A stretch of 64,000 bases of DNA from contig JBHIAV010000009.1 in the NCBI GenBank assembly GCA_046758745.1, forward strand, positions 12,562 through 76,561, written 5' to 3'. This DNA is from Gemmatimonadota bacterium. Its GTDB lineage: Bacteria; Gemmatimonadota; Gemmatimonadetes; Palauibacterales; Palauibacteraceae. A model generated the notes under the pieces. It did not search any database. It was not told the origin of the DNA and saw only the letters and a program-made list of their open reading frames with translations. The position numbers and the translations under genes are program-made. Position 1 is the first letter of the stretch, and each line of letters begins with the position of its first letter. Below are positions 1-8,730 of the stretch, piece after piece.

Positions 1-375
1 CTCGTAGGGGAAGCGCTGCACATAGGACCCTGCGTCTCCGGCCGGCTCCAGATGGATGGCCGCGAACTCGGCTGCCAGGTACTCGGCCGCTGCTTCGAGT
101 CCCGGGCTCGGCGTATCCCGGCCGCGCAGCTCGTCGCTTGCGAGGTAGGCGATATGGTCGCGCATCTCCTCGGCGGTGATCGTCGCTGCGGCGGCTTCCG
201 CGGAGCCGGCGGCCGGGCCCTCGGGGACCGGTGCGCCGGCCTCGGGCGCCGCGCCGGCGGAGGCGCAGCTCCAGAACGCAAGCGAGATGAGCAGGACCGC
301 GAAGGCGCGGATGGCGATCCTGGGTGGAGGAAGCCCGAGCAACTCGGCGAGATCGCGCGGAGGGAAACCGGTCAC
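1..375 (-). CDS. M28 family metallopeptidase, N-terminal part (runs off window); probable lipoprotein
   Basis: Not in ORF track. Manual minus-strand translation gives ...LLISLAFWSCASA...ITAEEMRDHIAYLASDELRGRDTPSPGLEAAAEYLAAEF...LEPAGDAGSYVQRFPYE, the typical M28 N-terminal LASDELxGRxTxSPG motif. GTG start at 375 is uncertain. Confidence 0.8.
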   Translation of the reverse strand, partial: MTGFPPRDLAELLGLPPPRIAIRAFAVLLISLAFWSCASAGAAPEAGAPVPEGPAAGSAEAAAATITAEEMRDHIAYLASDELRGRDTPSPGLEAAAEYLAAEFAAIHLEPAGDAGSYVQRFPYE

Positions 376-438
376 GCCACGGCCCACTCCCGTCGCGGCG
401 ATCGGGGCGTTCTCCTCCGGCCGACCGGCCTTCCCATG

Positions 439-1314
439 CTACCCGCTCGCCGCCTTGCGGGGTCGCGATGCCTTCTTGGGCGATGAGGCGCGCTTGGCGG
501 CTTTTCGCGCCTTCTTCTTGCCGCTCGCGGCTTCCGCTCCCTGTTTGGCGGCGAGGCTGGCCTTGAGGGCTTCCATGAGGTCGATGATCTTCGTCTCGGC
601 CGGGGCCGCGGGTGCGAGCGTGATCTCTTCCCCTTCGACCTTCTTTTCGATCAGGGCGACGACGCGCTTGTACACCTCGTCCTCGTACTTCTCCGGCCGA
701 TACCGGTCGGTCGCCGCCTGTTTCACGAGCTGCACGGCGAGCTTGAGCTCCTCCTTGCTCACCTCGCCGTCCCCGACCGGCACCTCGGAAAAGGAGCGCA
801 CCTCATCCGGATAATGCAGCTGCTCCATCATGAGACCGTGCTCGATCGGACGGACCAGCACCAGGTACGACTTCCCCCGGGCCGCGTACCGGCCGAGCGC
901 GGCCCGGCTGGTTTCGCGCAGCGCGGCGCTCAGGAGCCGATATGCCCGTTCGCCGCCCTTGTCGGGTCCGAGGTAGTAGGCCCTGTCGAGAAAGATCCGC
1001 TCGACCTCGTCCATCGGGACGAATTCGGCGATGTCGATGCTGTTCGTCGCCTGTGCGTCGAGCGCCTTGACCTCGTCCGGTGTGAAGAGGACGTACCGGT
1101 CCTTGGCGAACTCGTATCCCTTGACCAGGTCGTCGCGCTCCACCAGCTCGTCGTGCTTCGGGCAGTAGTACTTTTGTCGCACCCGGGAGCCGCACGGCTC
1201 GTGAATCCAGTTGAAGCTGATGTGTCGCGAGGTCTCGGCCGTGGCGTACAGTTTGACCGGGACGGAGACGAGGCCGAATGATACGGTGGCCGTTCCGATA
1301 GGACGCGCGCTCAT
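439..1314 (-). CDS. ku: Ku protein (NHEJ DNA end-binding)
   Basis: MSARPIGTATVSFGLVSVPVKLY..., LVKGYE, YYLGPDKGGERAYRLL, IIDLMEALKASL and a basic Lys-rich tail. Start trimmed to ATG 1314. Confidence 0.96.
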   Translation of the reverse strand: MSARPIGTATVSFGLVSVPVKLYATAETSRHISFNWIHEPCGSRVRQKYYCPKHDELVERDDLVKGYEFAKDRYVLFTPDEVKALDAQATNSIDIAEFVPMDEVERIFLDRAYYLGPDKGGERAYRLLSAALRETSRAALGRYAARGKSYLVLVRPIEHGLMMEQLHYPDEVRSFSEVPVGDGEVSKEELKLAVQLVKQAATDRYRPEKYEDEVYKRVVALIEKKVEGEEITLAPAAPAETKIIDLMEALKASLAAKQGAEAASGKKKARKAAKRASSPKKASRPRKAASG

Positions 1315-1441
1315 CTCGGCTCTCCCTCTGGGATGCAGGCTCCGCCGCAGCCCGAGCGGTGATCGGCCGCCACTCCGTCCGTGCGGGCGTGTGACGCGGG
1401 CTGCCGGTGGGCCGCGACGGACGGAAATGTAAGCGAAAGTC

Positions 1442-4036
1442 GTGCCGAAACGCGATCCCCTCTCCGAGTACCGTGCCAAGCGCTCGGGCGAACGGACTCC
1501 CGAGCCGACGCTCGGGGCCCCGCCCGGGGCGCGAACGCCTCGCGCGTCGGGGACCGGCGCAGGCGTGTTCGTGATCCACAAGCACGCGGCCCGCCGGCTC
1601 CACTACGACCTGCGGCTCGAGATGCGCGGCGTGCTGGCCTCGTGGGCCGTCCCCAAGGGCCCGGCTCTGGATCCGAAGGAGAAGCGCCTCGCCGTGCACG
1701 TAGAAGATCACCCGCTCGAATACGCCGAGTTCGAGGGGGTGATCCCGAAGGGCAGCTACGGGGCGGGTGGAATCATCATATGGGACCGGGGCGTCTGGGT
1801 GCCTCTCGTCGACCCCATGGAAGGGATGGAGAAGGGGAAGCTTCTCCTCGAGCTCCGGGGCTTCAAGCTTCGCGGCGTGTGGACCCTGGTGAAGCTGGCG
1901 AAGAGCGAGAAGGAGTGGCTGCTCATCCGCGAGAGAAGGCACATGGCGCGCGAGGAGTCGGCGTCGCCCGGTCGACTCGAGGACCTCCCGGAGGAATCCA
2001 TCCTCTCCGGCCTCACGGTAGAGGAGCTCGCCGCCGGGCACGACCCTGGGCCTCGTCTCCTCGCCCGACTCGAGGAGGTCGGCGCGACTCGGCGGCGCGT
2101 GCGCCCGGAGCGGGTGAAGCTCATGTTGGCCGAGTCGCGCGAGCGCCCGTTCTCGAGACCCGGCTGGCTCTTCGAGCTGAAGTTCGACGGCTACCGCATG
2201 CTCGGCGCCGCGTCCGACGATGCTGCCTGCCTCATCACCCGGAACGGGAACGATGCGACCCCCACCTTCCCGCGGCTCGCCGCGGCGTTGGCGGCGTTGC
2301 CCGTGTCCGACGTGGTGCTGGATGGCGAGGTGGTGATGCATGACGAGGAGGGGCTCCCGAGCTTCCAGCGGCTCCAGCAGCGGGCGCGCCTGAACCGGGC
2401 GGTCGAGATCGAGCGCGCGGCGCTCCTACAGCCGGCCGTGTTCTACGCCTTCGACCTCCTGAGCCTCCTCGGCCACGATCTGCGGTCCCTTCCCCTGTCC
2501 GAGCGGAAGGCCCTCCTGCGCGAGGTACTCCCCCCGGTGGGTCCGATACGCTACGTGGAACACTTCGCGGAGCGGGGCGAGGAGCTCTTCGCGCGCGTCC
2601 GCGCCATGGGGCTGGAGGGAGTGGTGGGGAAGAAGGCCGACAGCCCGTACCGAGGCCGGCGCTCGAGCCACTGGCTCAAGGTTCGCGCGGACCGGACGGA
2701 CGATTTCGTGGTCGTCGGCTACACCGCCCCGAAGGGCTCGCGGGCGGGTTTCGGCGCCCTGCACCTGGCGGCATACGGGGAAGGCGAGCTGATGTACGCG
2801 GGGAGAGCCGGGAGCGGGTTCGCTGCCAGCGAGCTGGGGCCCGTACGCAGCGAGCTCGCTCGTCTCGCCCGCCGGACGCCCCCGTGCACGGGCAATATCC
2901 CCGGGGGGAAGGGACACTGCTGGGTGGAGCCCGTGCGTGTGTGCGAGGTGCGATACCTCGAGTGGACGGAGGAGGGGCTCCTTCGACAGCCCGTGTTCGT
3001 GCGCTTCCGCGACGACAAGCGTCCCGAGGAGTGTGCCTTCCCGGCCGGGGCGGGTCGGTCGGCTGCCGAGACGGAGCTCGAGGAGGCCCTCGACCCCGAG
3101 CTAGGCTCTCGCCGGCCCGGCCGGCGGCGCGACGGCGACGCCCATGCGCCTATCGCGCTCACCAATCCGGACAAGGTCTTCTGGCCGGCGACGGGATACA
3201 CGAAGCGGGACCTCTTCGACTACTACCGCTCCATCGCTCCCTACCTGCTCCCCTATCTGCACGACCGGCCCCTGGTCCTGACCCGCTACCCGGACGGGAT
3301 CGAGGGCAAGTCCTTCTATCAGAAGAACGCACCCCCCTTCACCCGCGATTGGGTGCGCACCGTTCGGATCGAGAGCCGGAGCTCCGAGAAGGAGATCGAG
3401 TACTTCGTGTGCGACGACGAGACGTCCCTGCTCTACCTGGTGAACCTCGGCACCATCCCCCTGCATATATGGGCGAGCCGCATCGGGACGGTCGATCGGC
3501 CCGACTGGTGCGTCCTCGACCTGGATCCCAAGGGAGCGCCTTTCGCGAATGTGGTGGAGATTGCGAAGTACATCCGTCTGCTATGTAACGGCATAAGGCT
3601 ACCGGCATTCGTCAAGACGAGCGGCTCGTCCGGGCTGCACATCCTCATCCCGCTCGGCCGCCAGGTCGACTATGAGCAGTCCCGCGCGCTCGGCGAGCTC
3701 CTCGCCCGGGTGACGGTGGCGGACCTTCCGGAGATCGCGACGATCGAGCGGGGGCTCGACGCCCGCGGGGGGAGGGTCTACGTGGACTATCTGCAGAACC
3801 GCCGGGGCCAGCTCCTCGTCGCCCCCTTCAGCGTGCGGCCCAACCCCGGGGCACCCGTCTCGATGCCGCTTCGCTGGCGGGAGGTGAACGCGAGGCTCGA
3901 CAACGCCAACCACACGATCCGCACGGCCCACCGCCGGATGTCGCGGATGAAGGAGGACCCTATGGTCGAGCTCCTCCGAGTGAAGCCCGACCTCCCGGCC
4001 GTGCTGGGGCGGCTCCAGGGCCGCCTCCAAGTCTGA
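1442..4036 (+). CDS. ligD: DNA ligase D (phosphoesterase + ATP-dependent ligase + primase/polymerase domains)
   Basis: PE motifs FVIHKHAARRLHYDLRLE, SWAVPKGP and VEDHPLEY; ligase ELKFDGYR and EGVVGK; polymerase LTRYPDGIEG, DLDP and KTSGSSGLH. Divergent from ku. Confidence 0.97.
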   Translation: MPKRDPLSEYRAKRSGERTPEPTLGAPPGARTPRASGTGAGVFVIHKHAARRLHYDLRLEMRGVLASWAVPKGPALDPKEKRLAVHVEDHPLEYAEFEGVIPKGSYGAGGIIIWDRGVWVPLVDPMEGMEKGKLLLELRGFKLRGVWTLVKLAKSEKEWLLIRERRHMAREESASPGRLEDLPEESILSGLTVEELAAGHDPGPRLLARLEEVGATRRRVRPERVKLMLAESRERPFSRPGWLFELKFDGYRMLGAASDDAACLITRNGNDATPTFPRLAAALAALPVSDVVLDGEVVMHDEEGLPSFQRLQQRARLNRAVEIERAALLQPAVFYAFDLLSLLGHDLRSLPLSERKALLREVLPPVGPIRYVEHFAERGEELFARVRAMGLEGVVGKKADSPYRGRRSSHWLKVRADRTDDFVVVGYTAPKGSRAGFGALHLAAYGEGELMYAGRAGSGFAASELGPVRSELARLARRTPPCTGNIPGGKGHCWVEPVRVCEVRYLEWTEEGLLRQPVFVRFRDDKRPEECAFPAGAGRSAAETELEEALDPELGSRRPGRRRDGDAHAPIALTNPDKVFWPATGYTKRDLFDYYRSIAPYLLPYLHDRPLVLTRYPDGIEGKSFYQKNAPPFTRDWVRTVRIESRSSEKEIEYFVCDDETSLLYLVNLGTIPLHIWASRIGTVDRPDWCVLDLDPKGAPFANVVEIAKYIRLLCNGIRLPAFVKTSGSSGLHILIPLGRQVDYEQSRALGELLARVTVADLPEIATIERGLDARGGRVYVDYLQNRRGQLLVAPFSVRPNPGAPVSMPLRWREVNARLDNANHTIRTAHRRMSRMKEDPMVELLRVKPDLPAVLGRLQGRLQV

Positions 4037-4238
4037 GCGCGAAGGCGGCCGCCGGTCCGAGGGCGAAAGCGACCGCCTGCGAGCGGTTGTCCGTTCACGT
4101 GACGGTCGCGTGACGGATGGCCGTCTCCTGCACGCAGAGGAACGAATCCAGATCCGACCGGCCCCGCCGAGCGGCCGGCTTTTGCTGCTCCGCCTGGCCC
4201 CGGCTAGCTTGTTGCGCCACCTCATCGGAGGGGGGACG

Positions 4239-7200
4239 GTGGTCGATCTGCTGGATCGCATCAGAACCGGCCTCGCCGAGCGCTACCGGATCGAGCACGA
4301 GCTTGGCCGCGGCGGCATGGCCACCGTGTACCGGGCGCTCGACCTCCGGCACGGCCGGCATGTGGCGATCAAGGTGCTGCGGCCGGAACTCGCCGCGACC
4401 CTCGGAGGGGAGCGTTTCCTGCGCGAGATCGGGATAGAGTCGCGCCTTCAACATCCTCACATCCTCCCCCTGCACGACTCCGGAGAGGTCGAGGGCACGC
4501 TCTTCTGCGTGATGCCGTACGTGGAGGGCGAGTCCCTCAGGGGCCGGCTCGATCGCGATACCCGGCTGCCGATCGAGGAGGCGGTTCGCATCGGCCGGGA
4601 GGTGAGCGACGCGCTCCAGTACGCCCACCGACGCGGGGTCATCCACCGGGACATCAAGCCCGGGAACATCATGCTCGCCTCCGGGCACGCGATCGTGACC
4701 GACTTCGGGATCGCGAAGGCCGTCGCGGAGGCGGGGGGCGAGCGGCTCACGCAGACGGGGCTGGCGGTCGGGACGCCGGCGTACATGAGCCCCGAGCAGG
4801 GGAGCGGCTCGGAGCGAGTGGACGAACGGAGCGACCTCTACTCGCTGGGGTGTGTGCTGTTCGAGATGCTGGCGGGTCGGCCTCCCTTCACGGGCCGCAG
4901 CGCGCAGGCCGTGCTCGCGCAGCACATGGTGGAGCCGGTTCCCTCGGTGCAGTTGGCGCGTCCCGAGACTCCGCACCACGTGGCGGAGGCGATCCGGAGG
5001 GCTCTCGCCAAGGACCCGGAGGAGCGCTTCGCCACGGCCGCGGAGCTTTCCGCCGCGCTCGAGGGGAGGACGGAGACCGCTGCGCCGGCTGTCCGGGCGA
5101 CCGCGCGCCTTCGCTGGAAGCGCTGGTTCGTCGGTTGGCACCGCGTCGCCTTGATCACCATCGCACTGGGAGCGCTCGGGACGCTGGCGGCGGTGATCCG
5201 GGCCGGCGGGCTGGATCCGGCCAAGGCCTATGCGGTGGCGGAGCCGCGCCTCTCCTACGCGATTCCCTCCTTCGTGGCGGTATCGGGAACGGCCGAGGAG
5301 CGGCAGCTGGCCGATAGGGTCGCCTTCGAGATCGGCCACATCCTGCGCGGCTGGGGCCCGATTCGCGTCGTCAACCGGTTCGCGCTCGCGGGGAGCGCCA
5401 GCCGCCTCGGGATCGATGTGGAGCGAGCCGTCTCCCTCGACGAGGGCCTCACCCTGGCCCGCGACGTCCTCGTCGGCTCGCTCGTGCTCGGAGAGCTCTC
5501 CGCGCGTGGCGATTCCGTTCACCTCTCCGTGTACGTCTACGACGCGGCGAGCGGAGGAGAGATCGAGGCCATCCCGGAGACCGGGGCGCTCGACGACCTG
5601 TGGGACCTGGTGTATCGGACGGCGAACCGGATCGCGTTCCTGCTCGATGCAGAGGATCGGTCCCCCTTCGAGTGGCAGGACATGTCACGAAGCCCGCCGG
5701 CCATTCAGGAGTACCTGATCGGTCTCGAGGCGCTCGAGCGGTGGCGCCTCCACGAGGCGGAGCGCGCCTTTCTCGCCGCGATCGCTTCGGACACGGCGTT
5801 TGCCCTTCCCCACCACTACCTGGCGGTGACTATCGCCTGGCAGGATGCGATCAGGGCCTCACGGCTCGCCACGCGGGAGGATTCCATCCGGAGGCTGACG
5901 GCCGAGGCCGTCGCCCTCGCCGAGCGATCCGAGGGCCTGCCGTGGGCGGATGGCCAGCGGGTGGCCGCCTTCCACAGCTTCCAGCACGGCGAGCTCGATG
6001 AGGCCCGGCACCTGTACCGGGAGATCCTCGGCCGCGACTCCACCGACGCCTGGGCGTGGCTCCACATGGGAAGCGTGGAGTTCTCGGATCGGTCGATCGT
6101 CACGAGGGAGGAGGGAGGGCCGCGCCCCCGGCAGGACCTTAACCTGGCCGTGCGGGCGTTCCGCCGTGCCGTTCAGGTGAAACCCGATTTCCACCTCGGG
6201 TACGGGAGCCTCTTCCGCACGTACCGCTCCGTGACTTCGTACGCGCTCGCGGGTGCCTGCCGCCTCTTCGTCGCTTCACCCGAGGAGGCGGCGGAGCTCA
6301 TGCAGACGGGAGCGGACCGGGCGGACCGTGTCTTCTGCCCGGTGTGGCTGGACACCATCGCCTGGCTGGAGCCGGATTCGCTGGCCAGCGTGGACCGGGA
6401 GCGCGTGGCGGCCACGGCCCTCGCGTACCGAGACTCGGCCGAGGCGCAGCTCCGCCGGTGGAGCCTCTCGCCCGGTGCGGCGCGGCCCCACGAGGAGCTG
6501 GCCCTGCTGTACGAGATGCGCCGCTACGATCGCGAGCGTGCGACGGGTGCTGCCGAAATCGCCGGCCTCGCGGACTCCGCCCTGCGGCACCGCGAGATCG
6601 CCCTCCGCCTGGCGGGCGACACGTTGCCAGAGGATCGCGTCCAATTGGGCGCCCTGCACCTCGCGCTGGAAGAGGTGGCCAGGGCGGTGGCGCTCACCGA
6701 GGACGGCCTGTCGCGTCTGGCGGGCGTCTCCATCGTGCTGGATGGAGCCCCGAACGCATTCCTGGCGGCGGGTCGCCCCCGTCGCGCCCTCGAGGCGATG
6801 GAGCGGGTCGGCAGCAGCCCGATGATGACGGCCGACGGTCCCGACGGTCGAGCCGTCTCCTTCGGCGGCGCCGAGCGGACGCTGGACCGCATCCAGATCC
6901 TCGGAAGCGGCGGTGTGCCCAGCCCCAGGCTGGGGGCCGAGTTCGAGGAACTGTGGCGCATCTGGTCGGGACCGACCTACAGCCGCCCCGAGCTCGCCCT
7001 GCTGGCGGGAAACCCGGAGGTGGTGATCCGGATCGCCCCGGCGCTCCTGCTGGATGCAGCGGCTCTGGAGGAATGGACATCGCGGCTCGACACGGTGCCG
7101 GTTGCGTGGCAGGCCTACAGGCTGAGCGAGCGCGACCCCCGCTCGGCGAACGCGGCGCTCGACCTGGCCCTCACCGCCCTGGAGGAGGAGGTCGATGGTG

Positions 7201-7499
7201 ACCGCTCGCGGGAGTACTACGTCATCGGTGTAACGGCGCAGCATCTCGACAGGCACCAGGTCGCCATCCGGACCCTGGAGCGGCTCGATGCGTGGCCGAT
7301 CGCTCTCGAGGTCCTGGACGGTGCGTGGGGCCTCCTCAGCCTCTCCTACCTACAGCGCGCGAGGTCCTACGAGGCGCTCGGCGACACGACAAGCGCCGTC
7401 CGGTTCTACGAGAGGTTCGTGGAGGCATGGTCGGAGGCGGAGCCGGCGCAGCGGCCGCTCGTCGGGGAGGCACGGGAGGCACTTCGCCGCCTCAGATAG
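4239..7499 (+). CDS. Hanks-type Ser/Thr protein kinase with TM segment, TolB-like and TPR/helical C-terminal region
   Basis: LGRGGMATVY, VAIKVL, IHRDIKPGNIM, DFGIAKA, GTPAYMSPEQ; hydrophobic segment VALITIALGALGTLAAVI; TPR-like C-terminus. GTG 4239 after GGAGGG chosen as start. Confidence 0.93.
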   Translation: MVDLLDRIRTGLAERYRIEHELGRGGMATVYRALDLRHGRHVAIKVLRPELAATLGGERFLREIGIESRLQHPHILPLHDSGEVEGTLFCVMPYVEGESLRGRLDRDTRLPIEEAVRIGREVSDALQYAHRRGVIHRDIKPGNIMLASGHAIVTDFGIAKAVAEAGGERLTQTGLAVGTPAYMSPEQGSGSERVDERSDLYSLGCVLFEMLAGRPPFTGRSAQAVLAQHMVEPVPSVQLARPETPHHVAEAIRRALAKDPEERFATAAELSAALEGRTETAAPAVRATARLRWKRWFVGWHRVALITIALGALGTLAAVIRAGGLDPAKAYAVAEPRLSYAIPSFVAVSGTAEERQLADRVAFEIGHILRGWGPIRVVNRFALAGSASRLGIDVERAVSLDEGLTLARDVLVGSLVLGELSARGDSVHLSVYVYDAASGGEIEAIPETGALDDLWDLVYRTANRIAFLLDAEDRSPFEWQDMSRSPPAIQEYLIGLEALERWRLHEAERAFLAAIASDTAFALPHHYLAVTIAWQDAIRASRLATREDSIRRLTAEAVALAERSEGLPWADGQRVAAFHSFQHGELDEARHLYREILGRDSTDAWAWLHMGSVEFSDRSIVTREEGGPRPRQDLNLAVRAFRRAVQVKPDFHLGYGSLFRTYRSVTSYALAGACRLFVASPEEAAELMQTGADRADRVFCPVWLDTIAWLEPDSLASVDRERVAATALAYRDSAEAQLRRWSLSPGAARPHEELALLYEMRRYDRERATGAAEIAGLADSALRHREIALRLAGDTLPEDRVQLGALHLALEEVARAVALTEDGLSRLAGVSIVLDGAPNAFLAAGRPRRALEAMERVGSSPMMTADGPDGRAVSFGGAERTLDRIQILGSGGVPSPRLGAEFEELWRIWSGPTYSRPELALLAGNPEVVIRIAPALLLDAAALEEWTSRLDTVPVAWQAYRLSERDPRSANAALDLALTALEEEVDGDRSREYYVIGVTAQHLDRHQVAIRTLERLDAWPIALEVLDGAWGLLSLSYLQRARSYEALGDTTSAVRFYERFVEAWSEAEPAQRPLVGEAREALRRLR

Positions 7500-7706
7500 A
7501 GAGGAAGCATGTATCAGTCGGAAACCACGATGACCCGAGGAGACCCTGCCAGGGTGCGGTCCCGGAGAGCCGCGGCGCGACGGGATCACGAGCCCGGCTC
7601 CCATCCGTGACGGAGAGGTCACGCGTCGATCCACGATTCGCCCCGATCCGATCCGCAGGACCGGAAGCTGGCCGAACCGACGGAGCAGGCATCAACGAGG
7701 TGTACT

Positions 7707-8168
7707 ATGAGCACGGTGACGAAGGAACAGGGGATTAGCGTGACCCTGCGTATAGCATCGACCCAAATCGAGTGGCCCGAAGGACAGGCCTGGCGATACG
7801 ATGCGCAGCAGGACCCTTACGAGGTGTCCACGGCGGTCCAGCTGGAAGAGCTCAAGCTGCCGGACCTAGAATTCGACAAGGGTCGAATCTGGTTTTCGCC
7901 ACCGCCGGCCTTCGGGTCCGACAAGGTGGGGCTGGGAACCGATCTGAACGGTGCGCCCTTGAGGCGCATCCGCCTCGTCGTGATCCCGAACCCGAAGAAC
8001 CCGCCGGGCAGCCTCCAAGTCCTCGGCTTCTACGGGACGGCCGCGGTAGCGGGAGGCGGGGGGGCGGCCTATGCGGCGTCTACCTATTCGTGCGTGCAGT
8101 GCGGCGAGACGACCGTATGTGGGAGCAGGCCCTGCGTGCGGTGCAAGGGGACACTGACGTGTAGCTAA
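7707..8168 (+). CDS. Hypothetical protein with six-Cys C-terminal tail
   Basis: RBS-like GAGGTG before ATG and GC3-rich codons; ends GGGGAAYAASTYSCVQCGETTVCGSRPCVRCKGTLTCS. Confidence 0.75.
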   Translation: MSTVTKEQGISVTLRIASTQIEWPEGQAWRYDAQQDPYEVSTAVQLEELKLPDLEFDKGRIWFSPPPAFGSDKVGLGTDLNGAPLRRIRLVVIPNPKNPPGSLQVLGFYGTAAVAGGGGAAYAASTYSCVQCGETTVCGSRPCVRCKGTLTCS

Positions 8169-8337
8169 CTACTAGGAAGCTGCCCGCGTCCCAGCGGACC
8201 TCGCGACGGGGGAGCCTCGCGCCACTTGGCCATCGAGCTGATGGGACCCGGCCGGAGCGGCCGGGTCCCCCCGGGGACCAGACCCCGCCCCTGCGGTGGG
8301 GCGGAGCCTTCCCGATCGTCGAGGAAGGTCCTATAGG

Positions 8338-8508
8338 TTACGCTGCGGACAGGTTGTCGTTGATGTCCTGGAAGACGTTGCGGATCGTCGGGCCCAAGAG
8401 GCGGACGGCCGCGATCACCACGAGCGCGATCAGGGCGAGCAGGATCGCGTACTCCGCCAGATCCTGGCCGGACTCGTCTCTCCAAAGACGCTCGACGCTT
8501 TCCAGCAT
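8338..8508 (-). CDS. flp: Flp family type IVb pilin
   Basis: MLESVERLWRDESGQDLAEYAILLALIALVVIAAV: G/xxxxEY Flp motif and hydrophobic helix; GGAGGAGG RBS before ATG 8508. Confidence 0.93.
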   Translation of the reverse strand: MLESVERLWRDESGQDLAEYAILLALIALVVIAAVRLLGPTIRNVFQDINDNLSAA

Positions 8509-8705
8509 GCTGCCTCCTCCCGGCCGCACGGCCGATCTGAGTCGCGAACCACCCCCGCGAAGTCACGAGCCGCTCTGCTCGTGCCCGGGCCCGCACCCCG
8601 GCCTAAGATAAGGCAACGGGCGGCCTCCGGCACAACCCGAGGAGCGCCGCCTGCGGGCGGGAAGGGCCGACGCCCCCGGCACGCGCGGCGGCGGGCGCCA
8701 TATCG

Positions 8706-8730
8706 TAACGCGCTATATGATAGGCAGTTA
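8706..8730. promoter_or_regulatory. TAA-N19-TTA AT-rich palindromic site between divergent flp and the 8717 gene
   Basis: TAACGCGCTATATGATAGGCAGTTA; the same spacing recurs at 35702-35726 and 49638-49662. Confidence 0.5.

Noticed and set aside
8510-8620. c-di-GMP riboswitch upstream of flp
   Set aside because: GC-rich hairpins are present, but I could not match class I or class II consensus elements.
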